Source: an uncultured delta proteobacterium
GTDB taxonomy: Bacteria > Myxococcota_A > UBA9160 > SMWR01
DNA length: 64,000 nucleotides
Reading direction: 5' to 3'
Assembly: GCA_963832165.1 (NCBI GenBank)
Contig: CAWHTE010000003.1
Location: forward strand, 704,001 to 768,000
The position numbers and the translations under genes are program-made. Below are positions 37,341 through 46,695 of the stretch, one piece after another. The notes under the pieces are model-generated. The model had not been told where the DNA came from. It worked only from the letters and a program-made list of their open reading frames with translations, and did no database searches. The stretch's first letter is position 1, and the number at the start of each line of letters is the position of its first letter.

Positions 37341-38356
37341 CGGTGGTAGTCCGTGGACTCGGCCAGCTCGGCCGCCGACGTCATGAGGTCGACGATGACG
37401 GGACCGAAGGCCTGGAGCTTCTCGTCATCGCCCGCGCGTTGATATCCCTGCTCGAGGACGATGCCGAGCTTCCACTTCGCGAGGATGACGTAGTAGTCGA
37501 TGTCGTCGACCTGCCGGCCCGACACCTCGGAGTAGTGAGCGAGGAGCTGGTCTCGCGAGGGCATGCCGCGCAGATCGACATAGCTGGCCTCGGACGCCTG
37601 CGGGCTCTGCGTGTCGGCGGGCCAGCTCTGGATCATCCAGCCCAGGTCGAGCTTCGGATCCCCGACCGTGCCCATCTCCCAATCGACGATCGCCGCGAGC
37701 CGGGCCGGCGCCCCATCCTTGTACATCACGTTCGCGAACTGGTAGTCCCCGTGCATGAGCCCCGGGATGTAGTCGATCGGGCGGTGTTCCCGAAGCCAGG
37801 CCGTGGCGACGTCCATGCCCGCGAGCGTCCGGCGCCTGATCCGCTCGAAGAACCGCGTCCAGCGGTCGACCTGGCGCTCGTGGAAGCCGTCGGGCCGCCC
37901 GAGATCCTGGAGACCCTTGGCCCGCCAGTCGACTTTCGAGAGCAGCGCGATGCCTTCGGCGAGCTGATAGGCGAGACCCGCGCGCGCGGGGAGGTCCGTG
38001 TCGAAGGGAGCCGGCCAGCCCGTGCGACCCATCGGCGACCAGCCTTCGACGAAGCCCATCAGATAGAACGACCGGCCGAGCACCGAAGCGTCGTCGCACA
38101 CCGCCACGGCCCGCGTGTGCGGCACGTCGGAGCCGTCGAGCGCCTCGATGATGCGCCACTCGCGCAGGATGCCCTGGTCGCGATCCGCGGGCGCGCTCGT
38201 CGGCGGAATCCGGATCACGCAGTGCAGGTCGCCGCGCCGGATCTCGTAGATCTCGTTCTGGCTGCCACCCGCGATGAAGCGGTGCTCGATCTTGTCGCGT
38301 GTTCCGGGCAGGCCCTTCGCGTCCATCCATGCGCCGAGGCGGTCGATGTCGATCAC
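37337..38356 (-). CDS. APH-family phosphotransferase (ACAD10/LvaA-like kinase)
   Basis: Motifs GGSQN, REWRII, HGDYQFANV, VDWEMGT and GDPKLDL. Confidence 0.88.
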   Translation of the reverse strand: MIDIDRLGAWMDAKGLPGTRDKIEHRFIAGGSQNEIYEIRRGDLHCVIRIPPTSAPADRDQGILREWRIIEALDGSDVPHTRAVAVCDDASVLGRSFYLMGFVEGWSPMGRTGWPAPFDTDLPARAGLAYQLAEGIALLSKVDWRAKGLQDLGRPDGFHERQVDRWTRFFERIRRRTLAGMDVATAWLREHRPIDYIPGLMHGDYQFANVMYKDGAPARLAAIVDWEMGTVGDPKLDLGWMIQSWPADTQSPQASEASYVDLRGMPSRDQLLAHYSEVSGRQVDDIDYYVILAKWKLGIVLEQGYQRAGDDEKLQAFGPVIVDLMTSAAELAESTDYHR

Positions 38357-38460
38357 AGGTTCCCCACTTCGTGCTCGAGATACTCCGCAAACTTCGCGCG
38401 CGCGGCATCCTCGCTGGGCGCGTCGGGTCGGCCCGCCGGGGGCCGAATCTTGAGAGTCAC
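38353..38460 (-). pseudogene. Short ORF ending in what looks like the C-terminal tail of an acyl-CoA dehydrogenase (gene remnant)
   Basis: Translates VTLKIRPPAGRPDAPSEDAARAKFAEYLEHEVGNL*. Its TGA overlaps the kinase GTG. Family match is from memory only. Confidence 0.5.
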
Positions 38461-38488
38461 ATTACGCTGAGGGTAGAATTACCCTTCC
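38450..38488 (+). promoter_or_regulatory. Sigma-70-like promoter for the hydantoinase operon, degenerate relative of cassettes A and B
   Basis: TTGAGA(38450)-N18-TAGAAT(38474), then TACCCTTCC. GGGTA-N4-TACCC inverted repeat lies over the -10. Confidence 0.55.
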
Positions 38489-38662
38489 AGTTTCTGGTAT
38501 TTTGGTTTTTACCCGGGCAGCGCGGGGGAGCGCAAGAGAAAGCGCCCGCGCCGGTTTACAAGGCCCCGTCCCAAAAGGCATACTGCGCAGGTGACGGATC
38601 GTCAGATCCGCCGTACGCGGCCATCCGATCGGCCGCTTCCTCGTTCCGCATTGGAGGCCCCC

Positions 38663-40450
38663 ATGGCCACGCAGCCCAAACCGGTGTTCTCGGAGCCGGC
38701 CTCCCAGGTCGATCCGGTGACGGTCGAGGTGATCCGCGGCGCGATGGAGACCGTCGCCTATGAAATGGCGACCCACGTCTCGCTCACCGCGACGACTCCG
38801 ATCCTGAACCAGAGCAACGAACGCAACGCGACGATCCTGGACGGTCGCGGCGCGCTCGCGGCGCTCTCGGTCGGCATTCCGCAGTTCATGCTCAGCTCGA
38901 CGCTGCCCGTGCGCTTCGCGCTCGATTTCTTCAAGGAAGAGGGCCTCAACGCCGGCGACGTGCTCGTCGCGAACGACCCGTATCACGGCGGCGGCCACCT
39001 TCCGGACTACAACGTTTTCGCGCCGGTCGTCGTCGACGGCGAGCTCGTGCTGATCGCGTCGATCCAGTGCCATCACGCCGACACGGGCGGCGGGATGCCC
39101 GGCGGCTACAACGCAGAGGCGATCGACATCTGGGCCGAGGGCGTGCGCTTCCCGGCCGTGAAGCTCTATGACCGCGGCGTCGAGCGCCGCGACATCACCT
39201 ACCTCATGAAGGTGAACAACCGCACGCCTACCTTCATCGGCGATCTGCGCGCGCAGGTCGGCGCCGCGCAGCTCGGCGCGCGCCGGCTCCGCGAGATCGT
39301 GGAGCGCTACGGCGCCGAGGCAGTGCAGGCTGCGTGCCGCCACTCGATCGAGTACGCAGAGCGCCGTTTCCGCGAGGAGGTGGCCTCGTGGCCCGACGGC
39401 GTCTACGAGGCGGACGCGTGGGTCGACCACGATCCGATCGGGAATCCCGACATCCGCGTGCACGTGAAGGTGACGATCGACGGCGACCGGCTGAAGGTCG
39501 ACTACACGGGCTCCGACACGCGCCAGGACCTCAAGGCCTACTCGGCGTTCGGCAACACGCGCGGATACGTCGTGGCGCAGCTCGCGTCGATGATGGACCC
39601 GTCGATTCCCAAGAACGAGGGCTTCTTCAACTCGATCGAGCTCGTGGTGCCGGAGGGCTGCGTGCTCAATCCGCTGCCGGGCAAGACCGTTGCCGCGGGC
39701 ACCCACCATCCCGGCGTCGAGGTCGGCGAGGCGCTCTGCAAGGCGCTCGCGCAGGTATTGCCGGAGCGGGCGTGCCCGCAGATCTACAAGCTCGGGATGC
39801 CGACGGTGATCTTCGGTCAGCACCCCGACACGGGCGTGGTCTTCGTCGACCACTCGGTGGACGTGTTGTCCGCCTACACCAACGCGGTGATGGGCCAGGA
39901 CGGCTGGGGCTCGATGCCGGCGTCGTTCGGCAACCTGATCCGCGCGACTGCTGAAGTGAACGAGTCGATTTTTCCCGTGCGCCACGAATGTTGCGACTAC
40001 GAGGTCGACACGGGCGGGCCCGGCCAATGGCGGGGCTGCCCCGGCTCGCGCGTGGTGAAGCGCATGCTCGCGCCGTCGACGGTGACCACCTACATGGTGG
40101 GCATGAAGTACCCGATGTCAGGCGTCGCGGGCGGATCCGACGGGTCGCCGAACGAGCTCATCACGAATTTCGAGAGCGAAGACGCGCTGAAGATCCAATG
40201 CATGGCCAACGGTGTGCCGCACCCGGCGGGCCAGGCGTTCCGATACCAGTACGGCGGCGGCGGCGGCTGGGGCAATCCGCTCAAGCGCGATCCCGAAATG
40301 GTCCTCGACGACGTCTACGACGAGCTCGTGTCGCTCGAGTCGGCCGAGCGCGACTACGGAGTGCAGTTCACGGGCCGCCTCGAGGACGACACGCTCGCGG
40401 TCGACCACGACGGCACCAAGAAGCTGCGCGAACAGCGAGCCGCGGCGTAG
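38663..40450 (+). CDS. Hydantoinase B / oxoprolinase family subunit
   Basis: GGAGG RBS. Motifs DPVTVEV, NDPYHGGGHLPD, HHADTGG, GGPGQWRG and GGGGGWGNP. Confidence 0.92.
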   Translation: MATQPKPVFSEPASQVDPVTVEVIRGAMETVAYEMATHVSLTATTPILNQSNERNATILDGRGALAALSVGIPQFMLSSTLPVRFALDFFKEEGLNAGDVLVANDPYHGGGHLPDYNVFAPVVVDGELVLIASIQCHHADTGGGMPGGYNAEAIDIWAEGVRFPAVKLYDRGVERRDITYLMKVNNRTPTFIGDLRAQVGAAQLGARRLREIVERYGAEAVQAACRHSIEYAERRFREEVASWPDGVYEADAWVDHDPIGNPDIRVHVKVTIDGDRLKVDYTGSDTRQDLKAYSAFGNTRGYVVAQLASMMDPSIPKNEGFFNSIELVVPEGCVLNPLPGKTVAAGTHHPGVEVGEALCKALAQVLPERACPQIYKLGMPTVIFGQHPDTGVVFVDHSVDVLSAYTNAVMGQDGWGSMPASFGNLIRATAEVNESIFPVRHECCDYEVDTGGPGQWRGCPGSRVVKRMLAPSTVTTYMVGMKYPMSGVAGGSDGSPNELITNFESEDALKIQCMANGVPHPAGQAFRYQYGGGGGWGNPLKRDPEMVLDDVYDELVSLESAERDYGVQFTGRLEDDTLAVDHDGTKKLREQRAAA

Positions 40451-40459
40451 GCACGACGT

Positions 40460-42523
40460 ATGGCATTCCGGATCGGCATCGACGTCGGCGGTACGTTCAC
40501 CGACTTCATCCTCGCGCTGCCCGACGGTGGGATCGAGCTGTTCAAGGTACCCACCACGCTCGACGACCAGAGCCGCGGTGTGATGAACGGAATCGAGGCA
40601 CTCGCCGCCCGGCACGGACTCGACACGCGAGCGTTTCTGGGCCGCACCGATCTCGTCGTGCACGGCACCACCACCGCCGACAACACGATGATCGAGATGA
40701 ACGGCGCGAAGACGGGCCTGATCACCACGCAGGGGCACCGCGACGAGATCGACATCCGGCGCGGCTACAAGGAGAGCATCTGGGATCCGGCGTTCCCGCC
40801 GCCCGAGCCGATTGCGCGCCGCCGCCATCGCTTCGGGATCCCCGAGCGGCTCGATTTCCGCGGCAACGTGGTGACACCGCTCGACGAGGCTGCCGTGCGC
40901 GAAGCGGTGCGACGGCTGCGCCGTCAGGGCATCGAGTCGATCGCGGTCTGCTTCCTGTTCTCGTTCCTGAACCCCGCTCACGAGCTGCGCGTGCGCGAGA
41001 TCGTGCGCGAGGAGTATCCCGAGGCACGCATCTCGCTCTCGCACGAGGTGATGCCGACGGCGCCCGAGTTCGAGCGCACTTCGACCACACTCGTCGACGC
41101 GTACGTGGGCCCGAAGCTCTCGCTCTACCTCGATCGCCTCGAGCGCGCGCTGCGCGACGCGGGCTTCGGCCGCGATCTGCTGATCATGCAGAGCAATGGC
41201 GGCATCATGACCGCCGATCAGCTCGCGCGACGCGCGGTCGCGGCGCTCGGATCGGGCCCGACCGGCGGCGTGATCGGTGCGTGCGCGGTTGCGTCACGCT
41301 CCGGCGTGAAGGATTTCATCGCGATCGACATGGGCGGCACGAGCTACGAGGCCTGCCTCGTGCGCGGCGGCCAGCCCACGATCCGCAGCTTCTGGAACTG
41401 GCAGCACCGCTATCTCGTCGGCCTTCCGATGATCGAGATGCACTCGATCGGCGCTGGCGGCGGATCGATCGCGATCGTGCAGGCCGGGGCGCTGCGCGTG
41501 GGTCCCGAGAGCGCGAAGGCCGATCCCGGCCCGATCTGTTATGGGCGCGGCGGCACGAGTCCGACCGTCACCGATGCAAACCTCGTGCTCGGCTACATCA
41601 ACCCCGAGGCGCTGTGCGGCGGCGAGTTCAAGCTCACGCAGGCGGGCGTGCGCGAGGCGATTCTCGAGCAGGTCGGGAAGCCGCTCGGGCTCGACGTCGT
41701 ACAAGCTGCCCACGGCATCTTCCGGATCGTCAACGCGAACATGGCGAATGCGATCCGGCGCGTGTCTTCGGAGGCCGGCCACGACCCGCGCGACTTCCAC
41801 ATGGTGGTGTACGGCGGCAACGGTCCGATCCACGCGCCGGTCCAGGCCGAGGAGCTCGGGATCGAGAAGCTGCTCGTGCCCAAGACGTCGCCCGCGTTCT
41901 CCGCGCTGGGCCTGCTGATCGCGGACTACGTGGTGGACCGGCAGCGCTCCTACATCGCTCCGTCGAGCCGAGCCTCGTCCGAGCGCGTGAACGAGATCTT
42001 CGACGAGCTCGAAGCGGAAGCCGAGCGCGAGCTCGCCGCGGCGGGTCTGTCGCGCGGCGATCTCGTGTTCAACCGCTTCGTGAACCTCTGCTACCCGGGC
42101 CAGACCTTCGACATGGCCGTGCCGGCTCGCCTGCACGGCGAGCGCATGAACGAAGGGGACATGCCGGCCACGGTCACGGCGTTCCATGACCTGCACGAGG
42201 AGCTGCACGCCTACGCGGCGCGCGACGAAGAGCCCGTGGTGCGCTCGGTGCGCGTGCAGACGATCGGGCGCACGGCTCCACTCGCGCTCGGCGAGAGCGC
42301 GCTGTCCGACGCTCCGCTCGAGCGCGCGCTGCGCGCTCGGCGGCCCGCGTACTTCGGCGGCCGCTTCGAGGACACGCCCGTCTACGACGGCGACCGCGTG
42401 GGGGCGGGGCACGTGATCCACGGGCCCGCGATCGTCGAGGAGCGCTTCACCACGATCGTGATCCAGCCCGGCCACCGCGCCGAGCTCGACCGCTTCGGAA
42501 ACTACGAGATCACACTCGGTTGA
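40460..42523 (+). CDS. Hydantoinase A / oxoprolinase family ATP-binding subunit
   Basis: Motifs GIDVGGTFTD, HGTT, SGPTGG, DMGGTS, GAGGGSI, PGPICYGRGG and PTVTDAN. Confidence 0.93.
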   Translation: MAFRIGIDVGGTFTDFILALPDGGIELFKVPTTLDDQSRGVMNGIEALAARHGLDTRAFLGRTDLVVHGTTTADNTMIEMNGAKTGLITTQGHRDEIDIRRGYKESIWDPAFPPPEPIARRRHRFGIPERLDFRGNVVTPLDEAAVREAVRRLRRQGIESIAVCFLFSFLNPAHELRVREIVREEYPEARISLSHEVMPTAPEFERTSTTLVDAYVGPKLSLYLDRLERALRDAGFGRDLLIMQSNGGIMTADQLARRAVAALGSGPTGGVIGACAVASRSGVKDFIAIDMGGTSYEACLVRGGQPTIRSFWNWQHRYLVGLPMIEMHSIGAGGGSIAIVQAGALRVGPESAKADPGPICYGRGGTSPTVTDANLVLGYINPEALCGGEFKLTQAGVREAILEQVGKPLGLDVVQAAHGIFRIVNANMANAIRRVSSEAGHDPRDFHMVVYGGNGPIHAPVQAEELGIEKLLVPKTSPAFSALGLLIADYVVDRQRSYIAPSSRASSERVNEIFDELEAEAERELAAAGLSRGDLVFNRFVNLCYPGQTFDMAVPARLHGERMNEGDMPATVTAFHDLHEELHAYAARDEEPVVRSVRVQTIGRTAPLALGESALSDAPLERALRARRPAYFGGRFEDTPVYDGDRVGAGHVIHGPAIVEERFTTIVIQPGHRAELDRFGNYEITLG

Positions 42524-42534
42524 GGAGGAGAGCG

Positions 42535-43710
42535 GTGGCCCAGCCCAAGGTACGTGCCGACGGCATGATCGAGCTCGACACCAGCGACGTCGACCGCTGG
42601 ATCGGCAAGCCGCTCGGCGGCGCCCGGCTCCTCGAGCCGATCCATACGAACGACGTCCGGCGCTGGGCCCAGGGCATGGCGAACCCGAACCCGCTCTATT
42701 TCGACGAGGAATACGCGGCGGGCAGTCGCTTCGGTCGGATCATCGCGCCGCAGTCGTTCGGCGTGTGCACCGACACGAGCCACGGCGCAGGCCCGGCGAT
42801 CCAGGGCGTGATCCCGGGCCAGCACATGATCTTCGGCGGCGATGAGTGGTGGTTCTTCGGCGGCCGGATCGAGCCCGGCGACGCGATCCGCCACGACCGG
42901 ATGCTGTTCGACTACAAGGTGTCCGAGACCAAGTTCGCGGGTCCTACGATGTTCTCGCGCGGCGACACCACCTACATCAATCAGCGCGGCGAGGTGGTCT
43001 GCAAGCAGCGCTCCACCTCCGTGCGCTACCTCGTCGAGAACGCGCACAAGCTCGACATGTTCAAGAACAACGTGCCGCGCACCTGGAGCGATCAGGAGAT
43101 CCAGGATCTCGAGAAGCAGAAGCTCGAGTACTACCGGAGCTTCCTCGACCTCGGGCACGAGAAGCGGCTGTTCGTGAAGGTGGGGGACAAGCTCGCCACG
43201 CGTCCGATCGGGCCGCACACCATCGCGACGTTCACCACCGAGTGGCGCGCGTACCTGATGACGGTGTGGGGAGCCTCGCGCGAGTACGGCGAGACCTCCA
43301 CGCTCGAAGCGGGCTGGCTGCCCGAGATGGCGCGCGATCGCGAAGGCGCGAAGATCGACCCGACGAACGCCGACGGGCTCTACAAGGGGCCGTCGCGCGG
43401 GCACGTTCAGACGCGCTATGCGCAGCTGATCGGCATGCCGCGCGAGTACGGTTACGGCGCGTCGATGGGGGCCTGGATCATCGACTACCTCACGAACTGG
43501 TGCGGGGAGTGGGGCTACATCCTGCACAGCAACATGCAGTACCGCGCTCCCGCATTCTCGGGTGACGTGACCTTCCTGAACGGAGAGGTGATCGCGCTCG
43601 ACCACGACCGCTCCGCAGGGCCGATTGCCACGGTGAAGGTCGTGATGACCAACCAGGACGGCACCGTGATGGCACAGGGCAAGGCCGAGATCGAGCTTCC
43701 CACCCCGTGA
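42535..43710 (+). CDS. Double hot-dog (MaoC/FAS1-like) dehydratase family protein
   Basis: GAGGAGGAG RBS. Motifs NPLYFDEEYA..SRFG..APQSF, FGGDEWWF and YRAPAFSGD. Confidence 0.8.
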   Translation: MAQPKVRADGMIELDTSDVDRWIGKPLGGARLLEPIHTNDVRRWAQGMANPNPLYFDEEYAAGSRFGRIIAPQSFGVCTDTSHGAGPAIQGVIPGQHMIFGGDEWWFFGGRIEPGDAIRHDRMLFDYKVSETKFAGPTMFSRGDTTYINQRGEVVCKQRSTSVRYLVENAHKLDMFKNNVPRTWSDQEIQDLEKQKLEYYRSFLDLGHEKRLFVKVGDKLATRPIGPHTIATFTTEWRAYLMTVWGASREYGETSTLEAGWLPEMARDREGAKIDPTNADGLYKGPSRGHVQTRYAQLIGMPREYGYGASMGAWIIDYLTNWCGEWGYILHSNMQYRAPAFSGDVTFLNGEVIALDHDRSAGPIATVKVVMTNQDGTVMAQGKAEIELPTP

Positions 43711-43750
43711 CCGGACCTGCTTCGCAGGGCCTCGCGTGACCGGATCTGCT
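43706..43750 (+). repeat. 16-bp direct repeat with a 29-bp period, spanning a stop codon
   Basis: CGTGACCGGACCTGCT (43706) versus CGTGACCGGATCTGCT (43735), 15/16 identical. Confidence 0.55.
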
Positions 43751-43752
43751 GC

Positions 43753-45423
43753 ATGAGCGGCCCCGCGCCGTCTGATCCGCGCCTCACGTTCGCGCGCTTT
43801 CTCGCCGACGCGGCGGAGCTGCATCGCGATCGCATTGCGGTCGTCTCGGACGGCGCGTCGCTCACGTACGGCGAGGTCGAAGCGAGCGTGCGCGAGCTCG
43901 CACGCGCGTTGATCGGCGCGGGTGTGGCCAAAGGCGAGCGCGTCGCGATCTGGATGGCGAACAGCCCCGAGTGGATCGTCACGGCCTACGCGGTCGAGAG
44001 CGTCGGCGGCGTCGCCGTGCCGCTGAACACGTTCGCGAGCTCCGCCGAACGCGACCACATCCTGCGCCACAGCGACTCGTCGCTCCTGCTGCTGCAGCCT
44101 GCGCTCGCCAAGCACCGCTTCCTCGAGGATCTCCTGCGCGACCACCCGGATCTCGCGAACGGGAAGCCGGGGAGACTGCGGATCTCCGCGCTGCCCCAGC
44201 TGCGCCGCGTCGTCTGTCTCGGGCTCGACGCTGCGCGCGGTGGGGTGGAGACCTGGAGTGACCTGCTCGCGCACGCGCGGGAGATCTCCGACGCACTGCT
44301 CGACGCAGTGTCCGCCGAGGTCGAGCCCACCGATGACGGGCTGATCATCTACACGTCGGGCACCACGGCGAAGCCGAAGGGTGTGCTGCATACCCAGCGC
44401 ACGGCCGTGCTCCAGAGCCACCGCTTCGCGGACTTCATGCGGTTCACGCCGGACGACCGCCTCTACACCACGTATCCGTTCTTCTGGACGGCCGGGATCG
44501 CGATGTCGATCGGCGGCTCGTTCGCTGCGGGCGCGCGTCTGCTCGTGCAGGAGATGTTCGAGCCCGGCGCCGCACTCGGAATGATGGAGCGCGAGCGCGC
44601 CACGTCGCTGCACGCGTGGCCGCACCAGCACACTTCGCTCGCCGAGCATCCGAGCGCCGCGGGTCGCGACCTGTCGAGTCTCGAGAAGCTCGACTCGCAC
44701 TCGCCCGTGGCGAAGCTCGCGGGCATCGAGAAGGACGTCTACGGCGTGGGCGCGTCGTACGGGCTCTCCGAGACGTTCACGATCTGCAGCGGGATTCCCG
44801 CCGACTCGCCGGCCGAGCAGCGCAAGGCGTGCAACGGAGTCCCGTGGCCCGGCATCTCCCTGCGCATCGTGGACCCGGTCACCGGCGCACCGCTTCCCAC
44901 GGGCGTGCCCGGCGAGATCGCGGTGAAGGGCGTGACGCTGATGCGCGGCTACTACAAGGTCGCGCCCGAGCACGTGTTCGATGCAGACGGGTACTTCCAC
45001 ACCCAGGACGGCGGATCGCTCGACGCCGATGGCTTTCTGCATTGGACGGGGCGGCTCTCGAACCTGATCAAGACCGGCGGTGCGAACGTCTCGCCTGTCG
45101 AGATCCAGGAGCTGCTCGAAAGTCATCCGGGGCTCAAGGTCGGCATCCCCGTCGGCCTCGAGCATCCCACGCTCGGCGAGGCGCTGATCCTGTGCGCCGT
45201 GAAGACCGAGGGGGCCGCGGTCGACGAGGAATCGCTGCGCGCATGGCTGCGCGAACGACTCGCAGCCTACAAGGTGCCGCGCCGCGTGCTCTTCTTCCGC
45301 GCCGACGAGCTCTCGTATACCGGCAACCAGAAGATCCAGGTGGAGCCGCTCAAGCAGGCGGCACTCCAGCGGCTGCGCGAAGAGCGCGCGGAGATCCATG
45401 GCTATCGCTACGAACCGGCCTAG
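43753..45423 (+). CDS. AMP-dependent acyl-CoA synthetase
   Basis: Motifs YTSGTTAKPKG, YGLSET, FHTQDGG, KTGGANV and AYKVP. Confidence 0.9.
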   Translation: MSGPAPSDPRLTFARFLADAAELHRDRIAVVSDGASLTYGEVEASVRELARALIGAGVAKGERVAIWMANSPEWIVTAYAVESVGGVAVPLNTFASSAERDHILRHSDSSLLLLQPALAKHRFLEDLLRDHPDLANGKPGRLRISALPQLRRVVCLGLDAARGGVETWSDLLAHAREISDALLDAVSAEVEPTDDGLIIYTSGTTAKPKGVLHTQRTAVLQSHRFADFMRFTPDDRLYTTYPFFWTAGIAMSIGGSFAAGARLLVQEMFEPGAALGMMERERATSLHAWPHQHTSLAEHPSAAGRDLSSLEKLDSHSPVAKLAGIEKDVYGVGASYGLSETFTICSGIPADSPAEQRKACNGVPWPGISLRIVDPVTGAPLPTGVPGEIAVKGVTLMRGYYKVAPEHVFDADGYFHTQDGGSLDADGFLHWTGRLSNLIKTGGANVSPVEIQELLESHPGLKVGIPVGLEHPTLGEALILCAVKTEGAAVDEESLRAWLRERLAAYKVPRRVLFFRADELSYTGNQKIQVEPLKQAALQRLREERAEIHGYRYEPA

Positions 45424-45447
45424 CACCCGCCGCAGGGACTGCTGACG

Positions 45448-46675
45448 ATGATTCCCGACATCGATGCGAACGATCTCGTCGATCCCGAGCTCTACGCGCG
45501 CGACGGTTATCCCCATGCGGTGTGGACGCGTCTGCGCGCCGAGGCGCCCGTGACGTATCTCGCGCCGACCGGGTACGTGCCGTTCTGGGCGATCACGAAG
45601 CACGCCGACATCGTGCAGATCTCGAGGAAGCCGCTGCGATTCTCGAGTGCGCAGGGGATCCAGCTGCGCCGCACCGAGGAGAGGGTGTTCCCGTCGGAGA
45701 TGGTGGTCATGCTCGATCCCCCGCGGCACGGCCCGATGCGCCGCGTCGCGAACGTGCGCTTCACGCCGCCTTCGGTACGCGCGCGGCGCGCCGAGATCGA
45801 GCGCATCGCCGTCGAGATCCTCGACGCGGCGGCGCCGGCGGGCAGCTCGGGCGAGCTCGACTTCGTCGATCGCATTGCCGCTCCGTTCCCGCTCGCGGTG
45901 ATCGCGTGCGTTCTCGGCGTGCCGCGCGACGACTGGGATCTCCTGTACCGCTGGAGCAACGAGGTGATCGGAAAGGAGGATCCAGAGTACCAGCAGCCCG
46001 GGGAGACGCCCGCTCAGACTGCGAGGCGCGCGCGCGGCGAGCTGTACACCTACTTCGATCGTCTGGTCGACCAGCGCCGGAGCCACCTCGAGGACGATCT
46101 CGTAAGCGAGCTGATCCGCGGCCAGGTCGACGGGAGCGCCACTGACCCAGGAGCAGCTCATCTACTACTGCGAGCTCCTGATCGAGGCGGGAAACGAGAC
46201 CACGCGCAATGCGATCAGCGGGGGACTGCTCGCGTTCTGCGAGCACCGCGGTGAGTGGGAGAAGCTGCGCGGCCGCCCCGAGCTGCTCTCCGACGCCGTG
46301 GAGGAGATCCTGCGCTGGGTCAGCCCGATCAGCCACTTCACGCGCACCGCCACCGAGGACTGCGAGGTGCGCGGTGAGAAGATCCGGGCCGGCGACATGC
46401 TCGCGCTGTATTTCGCGTCCGCTAACCGCGACGAAGAGGTGTTCGAGGACCCGTTCGCATTCCGCATCGATCGCCGGCCGAACCCGCATCTCACGTTCGG
46501 ATTCGGTGAGCACTTCTGCATGGGCGCGCACCTCGCGCGCGTCGAGCTCGAGATCATCTTCCGCCTGCTGCTCGATCGGCTCGAGTCGTTCGAGGTGTCG
46601 GGACGCGTGGAGCGCCTGAGCTCGATCATCAACGGAAGCATCAAACACCTGCCGCTGCGCTACCGCCTGGCGTAG
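45448..46675 (+). pseudogene. Cytochrome P450 (CYP124/125/142-like) with one apparent +1 frameshift (~46135)
   Basis: LDPPRH before the shift. After it: LIEAGNETTRN, EEILRW, SANRDE and FGFGEHFCMG. Confidence 0.85.
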
Positions 46676-46695
46676 TGCGCCGCGAGAGGGGGCCC

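Noticed and set aside
42502..46161. 1219-aa minus-strand ORF, and similar long ORFs such as 49710..52667, 6462..8684 and 26405..28645
   Set aside because: These are Arg/Ala-rich, motif-free shadows of well-supported genes, as expected in high-GC DNA. Only 51251-51479 of the 985-aa ORF is real.
46135..46230. P450 I-helix Glu (LIEAGNETT) as the CYP4-type covalent heme link
   Set aside because: In CYP4 the Glu directly precedes the Gly (EGxDT). Here it is one residue earlier.
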